A DNA stretch of 64,000 nt from Candidatus Latescibacterota bacterium (GTDB taxonomy: Bacteria > Latescibacterota > UBA2968 > GCA-2709665), in contig CBDCOX010000002.1 of the NCBI GenBank assembly GCA_965219995.1, forward strand, positions 2,976,001 to 3,040,000, written 5' to 3'. Position numbers and translations under genes: made by a program. Shown here one piece after another: positions 50,638 through 58,987 of this stretch (the first letter of the stretch is position 1; the number at the start of each line of letters is the position of its first letter). The notes beneath the pieces were generated by a model that saw only the letters and a program-made list of their open reading frames with translations, was not told where the DNA came from and ran no database searches.

Positions 50638-52881
50638 ATGAAAATCCCGATCAAGGAAATCACGGTTGCGAACCGGTTCATCTATTATTACGCCAATTTC
50701 AAGGAACGCTTCTACGGCTACGTCCTCCGCCGGGACGGCCGCAACGTCCCGGACGAGCACTACGCGGGGCGCTTCAAGGAATCCGGGGTATCGACGCGTT
50801 CTCACCCCGGCAAAGTGTCATCCCGTCCCGGTACCCGACGCAGGTGGCGGGAACTTCGCCCTCCGCTGCCGCCGGAAGGACGGGAGTCCCTTGAGGAAAC
50901 CGAACCCGGAGAAATCGTGCTCTTTCTGTATCGCAAGCGCTTGATGCTGGGGGCGTTTTCTCATCGGGTCTGGGGAACACGGATCTGTATTGCCGCGGAG
51001 GACGGGAGGCGCCTGATTATTCGAAGAAACTCCCTGGTCTATCTTTCAGGCGTCGGCGTTACGGACAATCCCGATTTTCTGCGATCCTACGGGGCGTCGG
51101 TACGGGCGTTGGCAACACATATCGACCTCGGGGAGATCTGGAACGCGTTCAAAGACGACCAACCCGTTATTGAAATCTCTGACATCGGCGCGCTGTATTG
51201 GGGCGACGACCCCGACCCCTCACGCTGGCTTGCCCTCTTCATTCACCTGGAATCCGATTGCCCTTATTTCGTACGGACCAGACTGTACACGTATCGTCCG
51301 CTCGAAACGCATGAAGTCAAGAACCGGATCGACCTCCTTGCCGGCAAGGAGACGCTGACTCACGAACTGCAGGAATTCCTCCACTGGCTCGAAGAGGACG
51401 AGGAGGTTTACGATCCGAAGACGCTGACCGGAAGGCAGCGCAATTGGCTCGAACAGATCAGACAATACGCGCTGTGGGGGCCCGAGTCGGAAAGCGCCGG
51501 GAACGCGCGGAAGATGCTCCGCCGGATTTCCTTCGTGAAGGGTGACGTTCAGCGGCACGCGTTCGAATTGATGGTCAGGAAACGCATCTGGCGTCCGGAT
51601 GAGAACCTGGATCTCCTCCGGTCGGACCTCTCACCCGACTTTCCGTCCGATGTCCTGAAAGAGGCCGAGGCTGTCGACCTGTCGCGAATCCTGAGAGGCA
51701 GGCGAAGACTCCGCCGCGCGTTTTTCTGCCTGCAGACAGGCTCCGGGGACGATCCCGAACTCGCCTTTTCGCTCAGGCGCCGGTGGCGTGGCGGATACGA
51801 ACTCGGAATCCACGTTCCCGATATTGCCGCCTGCGTACCCGCCGGTTCCGCGCTGGACCGGTCGGCGTCGGACCGGCTGGCGACGCTCCGGCTACCCGAC
51901 CTCACGATACCCATGCTGCCGACGCGTATCGCCGACGAAGTCGGCCGGTTCGGTGTGAAGCGGCGTCGACCCGCGCTAAGCCTGTTCTGGAAGCTGGATC
52001 GAAATCTGAATTTCGGAGACATGAGGATCGTCCTCTCGTCGATCAGAATCCGAACCCGTCTTTCCGCGGATGAAGTCGAAAACATCGATGCGGGGGAACG
52101 CCATCCGCTGGCCGGCCGCCTGCGGATCCTGAGCCGCCTGACCGACTCCCTCCGTGAACAGCGTCTGCGCCGCGGCGCATTCGAAGACTTCGACCGCGCC
52201 CGGGTCGAGGCCGAAAGCGAAGAGGCTCCCATCGACAAGACGGACCCCGCCGACCTTGCATACAGAATTCACCGCGAACTGACCCTTCTTGCGGCGGCTG
52301 AAGTGGGGAAGTGGTGCGTTCGTCACGACGTACCGGCCATTTACATTGCCCAGGACGGCGTCGAAAACCGCCGCGAACTGGACGGAATCAGCCATCCGAT
52401 CGTACGCCGCCACGAAATCCGCCGCCAGTGCCCTTACCCGAAGTTCAGCGCCGAACCCGCCGCCCATTACGGCTACGGGATTCGAGCGTGCTGCGCGGCC
52501 GTCTCACCCGGCGATCGCTATCCGGACCTGATGGTCCAACGGCAGATCGTCCATCATCTGAAGATCGGGGGCCCGCTCTACACGGTCGATGAGCTCAACC
52601 TCGTCCGGTACCGGGCACAGGAAGAGCACGCGCGCCATGTCAGCCTTCGCTCCCGCCACGAACGTCGTCTTATCCTGAACCGGCTTGCGGCATCCGCGGA
52701 CCGCACGCTCTCGGCTGTCGTGCTCCATCCCCGGCGCGACGGGACGCTGGTTGAACTTACGGAATATCCTGTCAAAACCCTGGTCCAGGCGTCGAGACCT
52801 CTGAATCCGGGCGACGTCCTTCAGCTTCGGGTCAACGGCATCGACCGCTGGCGCTGTAACCCGCACTTTCTCGTATTGTAG
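50638..52881 (+). CDS. RNase II/R (RNB)-like protein with degenerate catalytic motifs
   Basis: AFSL, LGIHVPD, LD..A..R..T..LP...IPMLP, RPALS, HYG.G, SP..RYPDL..QRQI, C-terminal S1-like domain. Confidence 0.8.
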   Translation: MKIPIKEITVANRFIYYYANFKERFYGYVLRRDGRNVPDEHYAGRFKESGVSTRSHPGKVSSRPGTRRRWRELRPPLPPEGRESLEETEPGEIVLFLYRKRLMLGAFSHRVWGTRICIAAEDGRRLIIRRNSLVYLSGVGVTDNPDFLRSYGASVRALATHIDLGEIWNAFKDDQPVIEISDIGALYWGDDPDPSRWLALFIHLESDCPYFVRTRLYTYRPLETHEVKNRIDLLAGKETLTHELQEFLHWLEEDEEVYDPKTLTGRQRNWLEQIRQYALWGPESESAGNARKMLRRISFVKGDVQRHAFELMVRKRIWRPDENLDLLRSDLSPDFPSDVLKEAEAVDLSRILRGRRRLRRAFFCLQTGSGDDPELAFSLRRRWRGGYELGIHVPDIAACVPAGSALDRSASDRLATLRLPDLTIPMLPTRIADEVGRFGVKRRRPALSLFWKLDRNLNFGDMRIVLSSIRIRTRLSADEVENIDAGERHPLAGRLRILSRLTDSLREQRLRRGAFEDFDRARVEAESEEAPIDKTDPADLAYRIHRELTLLAAAEVGKWCVRHDVPAIYIAQDGVENRRELDGISHPIVRRHEIRRQCPYPKFSAEPAAHYGYGIRACCAAVSPGDRYPDLMVQRQIVHHLKIGGPLYTVDELNLVRYRAQEEHARHVSLRSRHERRLILNRLAASADRTLSAVVLHPRRDGTLVELTEYPVKTLVQASRPLNPGDVLQLRVNGIDRWRCNPHFLVL

Positions 52882-52920
52882 TCGGCACGGGCAGCGCGCC
52901 GCCATGGGAGAGGAAATAAA

Positions 52921-54486
52921 ATGAACGAAGACTCAGCATTGATCGCACATTGGAGACTGGACGGAGACTGCCGGGACCATGCAGGCGCCAACCACGGCGA
53001 GAGTCACGGCGTGACGTTTTCCCCTGACGGCGCCGGGTTCAACGGCCGGGGCGCCCACGTCCTGGTGCCCACCGGTCGATCGCTGGAACTCGGCGACGGG
53101 GACTTTTCCATATCGGTACACGCGCATACCGACGAAATCCTCGACGATGTGCCGGGAGACATCCTGAGCAAATACGACCCGGACACACGGACGGGCTTCA
53201 ACTTCGGGCTCGCGAACAACGCGGGCGTCACCGCGGCCCAGGCAAACTATCGCCACCTTCATTTCGGGATCGACTGCGGCCACGTCGGCGAATGGATCGA
53301 CTGCGGGCGCCCCGGCAACAACCTGCGCGTCTACTCCCTGTGCGTATATGATGGCGATCTGTACGCAGGTACGTTCGAAACCGGCGCGGACGAGTCGGGA
53401 GGCGTCTACCGGTACGACGGAGACGCGGGATGGATCGACTGCGGGCACCCCGACAGGTGCAACACCATGGCGTCGCTGTGCGTATTCAACGGAACCCTCT
53501 ACGCGGGTTCCTCCCGATACAAGGCCGGCGGGTCCGCCCTTCCGGAGTCCGAGAACCTGAACCCGGGGGGAAATATGTTCAGGTACGAGGGCGGCTCCGA
53601 GTGGACGCCCATCGGCCGCATGGAAGGCGCGGATTCCTGTGCCGGCATGGCCGTTTACCGGGGCGAACTCTATGCCATCCCCCTCTACAGCCAGGGCGTA
53701 TTCCGGTACGAAGGCGATGACATCTGGAGCCACTGCGGCACACCCGGACGGCGGATGATGTCCCTGGCGGTGTTCAACGGCGACTTATACGGGGCCGGGA
53801 ACGAAGGAGGAGGGGCCGGCGGCGTCTTCCGCTACGACGGCGGAACAGGTTGGGCGCACGCCGGCGGTCAGGAGGGCGTGACCCAGGTCTATTCCTTCGC
53901 CGCCCACAACGGAAGACTCCACGTGGGCACCTGGCCGGAGGGCAAGGTCTTCAGGGACGACGGCAACGATCCCTGGACGTGCGCCGGGCGCCTCGGCGAG
54001 GAAATGGAAGTCATGGCGATGGCCGTGTACAACGGCAAACTCTACGCCGGCACCCTGCCTCTGGGCCAGGTGTATCGTTACGACGGAGGCGACACGTGGA
54101 CCCTGACGGGCCAGCTCGACACGACTCCGGACGTCAAATACCGGCGCGTCTGGTCCATGGCCGTTTACCGGGGAAAGCTGTTCGGAGGCACCCTGCCCTC
54201 CGGCCGCGTCTACGCGCTAGAGGCCGGCGCGAACCTGAGCTACGATCACGAACTGGCGGCCGGATGGCGGCATCTCGCGGCCGTCCGGCAAGGCGGCCGC
54301 CTCCTCCTGTACGTGGACGGAGAGCAGGTCTCCAACTCGTCGACCTTCGACCCCTCGCAATTCGACCTTGCAAACGACGAGCCGTTGAAGATCGGCGCCG
54401 GCGCCGGCGACACCTTCAATGGACGGCTCAAGGACCTTCGTCTCTATGGCCGCGCGCTCAGTGCGGCGGAGATCGCGAATCTGTAA
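52921..54486 (+). CDS. LamG-like domain split by an inserted beta-propeller
   Basis: N-terminal AHWRLDG and GDFSIS; C-terminal WRHLAAVR..LYVDG and F.G.LKDLRLY.RALS; internal repeated (S)LAVYNG.LYAGT / YRYDG blades. Confidence 0.75.
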   Translation: MNEDSALIAHWRLDGDCRDHAGANHGESHGVTFSPDGAGFNGRGAHVLVPTGRSLELGDGDFSISVHAHTDEILDDVPGDILSKYDPDTRTGFNFGLANNAGVTAAQANYRHLHFGIDCGHVGEWIDCGRPGNNLRVYSLCVYDGDLYAGTFETGADESGGVYRYDGDAGWIDCGHPDRCNTMASLCVFNGTLYAGSSRYKAGGSALPESENLNPGGNMFRYEGGSEWTPIGRMEGADSCAGMAVYRGELYAIPLYSQGVFRYEGDDIWSHCGTPGRRMMSLAVFNGDLYGAGNEGGGAGGVFRYDGGTGWAHAGGQEGVTQVYSFAAHNGRLHVGTWPEGKVFRDDGNDPWTCAGRLGEEMEVMAMAVYNGKLYAGTLPLGQVYRYDGGDTWTLTGQLDTTPDVKYRRVWSMAVYRGKLFGGTLPSGRVYALEAGANLSYDHELAAGWRHLAAVRQGGRLLLYVDGEQVSNSSTFDPSQFDLANDEPLKIGAGAGDTFNGRLKDLRLYGRALSAAEIANL

Positions 54487-54582
54487 AACCCACGGTTGGA
54501 AGTTGCGGCCGGCATTCGTCCGTTCCGCCGCGGGGACAGGAGAGAAACCCGCGTACCAGCCGACACCTCCGGGAGAACCGCG

Positions 54583-55908
54583 ATGTTAAAGGCAGGCGCA
54601 TCCAGGGTCAACATTACCCCGTTTCTGGGTGGACCGATGGCGGGGTACGGGGCGCGCGACCGCGGCAGCGAGAGCATCCACGACGAACTTCACGCGAAGG
54701 CCCTGGTACTGGACGACGGAAGTACCGAAGTCGCGTTGATTACCACCGACCTCATCGGCATCGATCGGGAGTTCGCGGAAGAGGTCCGCGGCCTGGTGGA
54801 AGCGCGGGTGGGCATTCCTCCGGACCGGGTGTGGATGTGCGGTTCCCACACCCATTTCGGGCCGGCCGTCGGCTCGCGCCGGAAGGACGGGGACGATGCG
54901 GACGCTTATGACAGGTCGTACGCGGAGGTATTGGCCGCGAAACTGTCCACGGCCGTTAAAGTCGCGCACGACCGCCTTCGCCCCGCCCGGCTCGGCGCCG
55001 GCGCCGCCCGCGCCGAAGGCATCAGCTACAACCGGCGGCTCATCCGGCACGACGGCAAGGTGGAAATGAGCCTCACCCTGCCGCCGCCTTACGAGGGTCT
55101 GAAGTTCGGTCCCGTGGACCCGGAAGCGGGCCTGTTGAAAATAGAAGGCAACGACGACGGCGAGTCCATCGCATCGCTCGTCAACTTCGCCTGCCATCCC
55201 GTCTCCAGCACGGACCGTATGTATGAATTCACCGCCGATTATCCTGGTTACGCCATGGACCTGATCGAATCGGTGGAAGGCGGCATCTGTCTCTTTGCCC
55301 TCGGCTGCGCGGGCAATATCGTTCCCATCCAGCGGCGGGGCCGGTCCAAACGCCAGGTCGGCCTGTCGCTCGGCGGTTGCGCGCTGAACGCGCTCCAGTG
55401 GATACGGACGACCGACCAGATCCGCATCCGTGCCGCCAGAAAGTCGATCGAATTGCCCCTGCGCAGATTTCCGACACCCGCGCGAATGGAGCGGCAGATT
55501 GCCGAAGCGGAAGCCGCGCTCGCCAGTGCGCGCGAACGGAAAGCGCCGTCGCGTGAGATCACTGAATGCAGGGAGGCCCTGGGCCTTGCCAGAAGTCTGC
55601 CCCACTGGGCCGAACGATTCGACAGGCGGAAGACGCGTTCCACGGAAATCCAGGTGTTCTGGCTTGGCGACGTTCCGATGATCGGGCTGCCGGGCGAAGT
55701 CTTCGTCGAACTCGGACTCCGGATCAAGAAAGCCCTGGATGCCAATCCGGTCCTGGTTGTGAGTCTCAGCAACGACAGCGCCGGTTACATTCCGGTCCGG
55801 CGGGCGTACCGGGAAGGCGGCTACGAATCCAACGTATCGGCGTTCGCCCCCGGGTGCGGCGAACACCTCGTGAGGGAAGCGCTGGCCCTGGCCGAATCGA
55901 TTCGGTAG
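54583..55908 (+). CDS. Neutral/alkaline ceramidase-like hydrolase
   Basis: LKAG..R.NITP, HD.L.AKAL, SHTHFGP, NRR, GPVDP, NFACHP, ADYPG, PGEVF, GGYE. Confidence 0.85.
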   Translation: MLKAGASRVNITPFLGGPMAGYGARDRGSESIHDELHAKALVLDDGSTEVALITTDLIGIDREFAEEVRGLVEARVGIPPDRVWMCGSHTHFGPAVGSRRKDGDDADAYDRSYAEVLAAKLSTAVKVAHDRLRPARLGAGAARAEGISYNRRLIRHDGKVEMSLTLPPPYEGLKFGPVDPEAGLLKIEGNDDGESIASLVNFACHPVSSTDRMYEFTADYPGYAMDLIESVEGGICLFALGCAGNIVPIQRRGRSKRQVGLSLGGCALNALQWIRTTDQIRIRAARKSIELPLRRFPTPARMERQIAEAEAALASARERKAPSREITECREALGLARSLPHWAERFDRRKTRSTEIQVFWLGDVPMIGLPGEVFVELGLRIKKALDANPVLVVSLSNDSAGYIPVRRAYREGGYESNVSAFAPGCGEHLVREALALAESIR

Positions 55909-55928
55909 CTTTTCTGTTTCATGCGAAA

Positions 55929-56218
55929 TTTACATGGATGGACAGGATGCACAGGATAAGAACCCGGAGGCCGGATGGGATTTATCAGCCGGTTGTTAGC
56001 CTTGATTCGTAGTTCTTCGGGAACGTTAATTCGAAATAACGCGTGTGAATAAAGGCGATTTGACGCCGGATTTCCACGATACTTCAGGTCACTGGACGTG
56101 AACGGAATAAACGTCCTTCCGGACGACCTTTTCGGTCCGTTTTGCAGCGATACCCTTTGTGCCTCTTTGTGCTTTTTGTGGCCGATTAAACGGTTGTCTT
56201 TTTTCGAATTGAGGTTAG
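55929..56218. mobile_element. Family B MITE-like element
   Basis: Left module ttacatggatggacaggatgcacaggataagaacc; right module ccctttgtgcctctttgtgctttttgtggcc...ttttttcgaattgaggtta; interior differs from the other copies. Confidence 0.75.
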
Positions 56219-56234
56219 TGACAGGACAACGCTT

Positions 56235-57548
56235 ATGTCGATCATCACATTTCTGTTTCTCTTCGTAGTCGTCCTGATCGTAACGAGAACACGTGCGGCC
56301 GCCGCCGAAGTGTCCCTTTCGGCAGGCGCGGCCCGGACCGATATCACGCCCGACCCCGCGATGCCGAACTGGGTGGACGGCAGACCCTATGACGGCGTTC
56401 TGGATCCGTTGACGCTGCGCGGGCTCGTTCTTTCGGACGGGAAGACCGAGTTCGCCCTGATCTGCTGGGACCTCATCGACGTGACGGAGGAATGCGCCGC
56501 CAGCGTGCGCCGGGCCGTCCACGGCGCAACGGGCATCCCGGAAGCGCACGTCCTGATGGCCGCCTCGCACACCCACTCGTCGCCCCGGTCTCCATATGCC
56601 GCGTCCACGTTTCCCGGCCGCAAGAGCGAGCGTCTCCGGGGTATTCTGGACGATCCCGTATTCCGGGCATGGAGCGAACGCCTGCCGGGACAATGCGCCG
56701 ACGTCCTCAAACGGGCTCAGGGCCGCCGCCAGCCCGTCACTTTGAACATCGGACGCGCGAACGCCTCGGAATGGCTGTTCAACCGGCGCCCCCTCGATCC
56801 TGACGGCAACGTCGTTACCATGTTTCGTCCCAAAGATCCGCACACGTTGCCGGACGGCCTGCGATTCGGACCTCTGGACCCCACCCTGACCGTTCTCACC
56901 CTTCGGAACGCCGCCGGCGCGAACGTCGCCACCCTGTACAGCGTTCCCTGCCACCCCGTCTCCATCTATCCCCACCACCGCGGCGTGTCCGCGGACTGGC
57001 CCGGGCCGGCCAACGAGCGGGTCTCGGAAGTCCTGGGCGGCGAGACTTTCTTCCTGCAGGGCTGCGCGGGGGACATCGTCCCCGCAAGGCGAGGGGAAGA
57101 AGCGCGCGCGAAAATGGCCCGTTTCTTCGCGAAACGGACCATCGCGGCGGCCCGGAGTTCCCACTCCCTGCCGTCGTCGCCCCTGAGAATCGCAACCCGG
57201 GTCGCCGGCCTGCCGCTCGTATCCGACGCGCGAAAGCTGGCGGGCGCCGACGTCCGGCCGGTCGAACTCCAGGCGGTGGTGTGCGGACCCTTCGGCCTCG
57301 CCGTGATTCCCGGAGAACCCCTGAACGGGCTCGCGCGTGAGATTCAGGCTCGTTCACCCCTGCCCCACACGCTTGTCATCGGATATGCCAATGGCCGCGG
57401 GGTGAGTTACGTCGGCCTTCCCGGAGAAAAAGCCAGGGGCGGATACGAGGCAGGCGCCGGCCAGGGTACCGAAGAAGCCGGCGACTTCATCGTCCAGACG
57501 GCCGTTCGGCTTCTGCAGGAAACGGTTGACGGCACTTCAGAGGGTTAA
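56235..57548 (+). CDS. Secreted neutral/alkaline ceramidase-like hydrolase
   Basis: Signal peptide; DITP, SHTHSSP, FNRR, FGPLDP, PCHP, SADWPG, PGEP, GGYE. Confidence 0.82.
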   Translation: MSIITFLFLFVVVLIVTRTRAAAAEVSLSAGAARTDITPDPAMPNWVDGRPYDGVLDPLTLRGLVLSDGKTEFALICWDLIDVTEECAASVRRAVHGATGIPEAHVLMAASHTHSSPRSPYAASTFPGRKSERLRGILDDPVFRAWSERLPGQCADVLKRAQGRRQPVTLNIGRANASEWLFNRRPLDPDGNVVTMFRPKDPHTLPDGLRFGPLDPTLTVLTLRNAAGANVATLYSVPCHPVSIYPHHRGVSADWPGPANERVSEVLGGETFFLQGCAGDIVPARRGEEARAKMARFFAKRTIAAARSSHSLPSSPLRIATRVAGLPLVSDARKLAGADVRPVELQAVVCGPFGLAVIPGEPLNGLAREIQARSPLPHTLVIGYANGRGVSYVGLPGEKARGGYEAGAGQGTEEAGDFIVQTAVRLLQETVDGTSEG

Positions 57549-58500
57549 ACGACGAACTCCCAGAGATGGCGTCGATCATCTCCATCGTCTTCACCGCGTC
57601 GTCCATACTGCAGGCCGGGAACGGAAGTGCGCCTCCATTCCCGACCCATCTCAAGAACGTGCGATCCTGCTGATAGAATCCTGGCTTGTACCGGCGATCA
57701 AAGTCATCCCCTTCGACGTTCTCAGGCTGTACATCCCTGCGTTTGATCGTTGCGGACTGCCCCGGAGCGGACGTGAAGGTTACCCCGTTGCCGCGCACTT
57801 CCACACGGTGCCCTCCCGGAGCGAACCAGTCCATAGAGGCACGCCCGACAGCCCCGCCCGCGAAGGTCAACAGCGCCGAACAGCAGTCCGGCATGGGACC
57901 TTCCACCGTGTGGTGCATCGGCTGGACGCTCGCCACGTCACCTCCGAAGAATCGCAACAGGTCCAGGGCGTGGATGCCGTTTGCTACGCTCCAGCGTTTC
58001 AGGACCTCTTCCGGAAATTTCGGGTTTACCCGGACCCGCTGGATATCTTCGTGGGCGTCAACAGTGACACTCTGAACCGGCCCGGATTCGAGGATCAGCT
58101 CCCTGCCCTTGAGAAGCGTGGAATAGAACCGGCGATTTACACCCACCATCGCCGGTGTACCCGCCGCTCGCGCCAGATCGGCCAACGCACGGGTCTGGGA
58201 CGTATAGAGGCCGGGAGGCTTTTCCAGAAAGGTCGGGATACCGGACCGAATGAAGTCTGCGGCGACCGCCGCGACCTGGAGAACACTCACGAGAACGAAG
58301 ACGGCGTCGGGCCGATCCCCTTCCAGAAGGCTCTCGTGCGAGTTCAGGCGATTCGGCACGCCGAACCGCGCTCCAGTCTCTTCCAGAACGCGGAGGTTGG
58401 TGTCCACAAGCGTCGTTACACGCCCCTCGCGAAGGTCGGTGAGTACTTCCAGGTGCCTCCGGGCGATGTTTCCCGCTCCGATGACCGCAATGTTCAGCAT
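57487..58500 (-). CDS. Gfo/Idh/MocA oxidoreductase
   Basis: IAVIGAGNIA, FLEKP, GVNRRF, GIHALDLLRF. Confidence 0.9.
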   Translation of the reverse strand: MLNIAVIGAGNIARRHLEVLTDLREGRVTTLVDTNLRVLEETGARFGVPNRLNSHESLLEGDRPDAVFVLVSVLQVAAVAADFIRSGIPTFLEKPPGLYTSQTRALADLARAAGTPAMVGVNRRFYSTLLKGRELILESGPVQSVTVDAHEDIQRVRVNPKFPEEVLKRWSVANGIHALDLLRFFGGDVASVQPMHHTVEGPMPDCCSALLTFAGGAVGRASMDWFAPGGHRVEVRGNGVTFTSAPGQSATIKRRDVQPENVEGDDFDRRYKPGFYQQDRTFLRWVGNGGALPFPACSMDDAVKTMEMIDAISGSSSFNPLKCRQPFPAEAERPSGR

Positions 58501-58567
58501 CTCGTCCCGTTTCCTGTTAGCATTGCATTCTATGATGCACTGTTTAGGTGACCACCGGTCGCTTTGA

Positions 58568-58807
58568 GGCGGTGAGAAGGGAGAGGGGAGACGGTAGATG
58601 AAGGCGGTGAGACGTAAGAGGTTAGACGGTAGATGATAACGTTACCACAGTGTTTTTCACGCTAACCGTGCTTGTTTCTCTACCGTTATCGTAACAATCA
58701 AGAAAAACCATAGGGCACTGATGTCATCTCCCGTCTACCCTCTACCCTCTCCCCGCTCTTCAGGCACTGATATCATCTCACGTCTCACGTCTTACGTCTA
58801 CCCGCTT
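58568..58807. repeat. Family A element, core 1 with doubled (nested) arms
   Basis: Two left arms GGCGGTGAGA...ACGGTAGATGA, core shared with 9797-9878, two right arms GGCACTGAT.TCATCTC...CCCGC. Confidence 0.88.
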
Positions 58808-58831
58808 CTGAGGGGTTGGGGGTGCGGCCGC

Positions 58832-58984
58832 TTATTCATCCTCAATTCGATGCTGGCGGTCGATGGAATCGAAGAGGGATCTGACGTCGAAGAACCCGCC
58901 GATGCCCACGACAACGGTGACCACCGCGAAGATGAGCAATCCGAGAAGGAGCACGGCCCCCCAGAAAGGAATCCAGAATGCCAT
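58832..58984 (-). CDS. Small membrane protein (50 aa), likely partner of the SSS transporter; not in the ORF track
   Basis: MAFWIPFWGAVLLLGLLIFAVVTVVVGIGGFFDVRSLFDSIDRQHRIEDE; GGAGG RBS; starts 4 nt after the transporter stop. Confidence 0.7.
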   Translation of the reverse strand: MAFWIPFWGAVLLLGLLIFAVVTVVVGIGGFFDVRSLFDSIDRQHRIEDE

Positions 58985-58987
58985 GGA

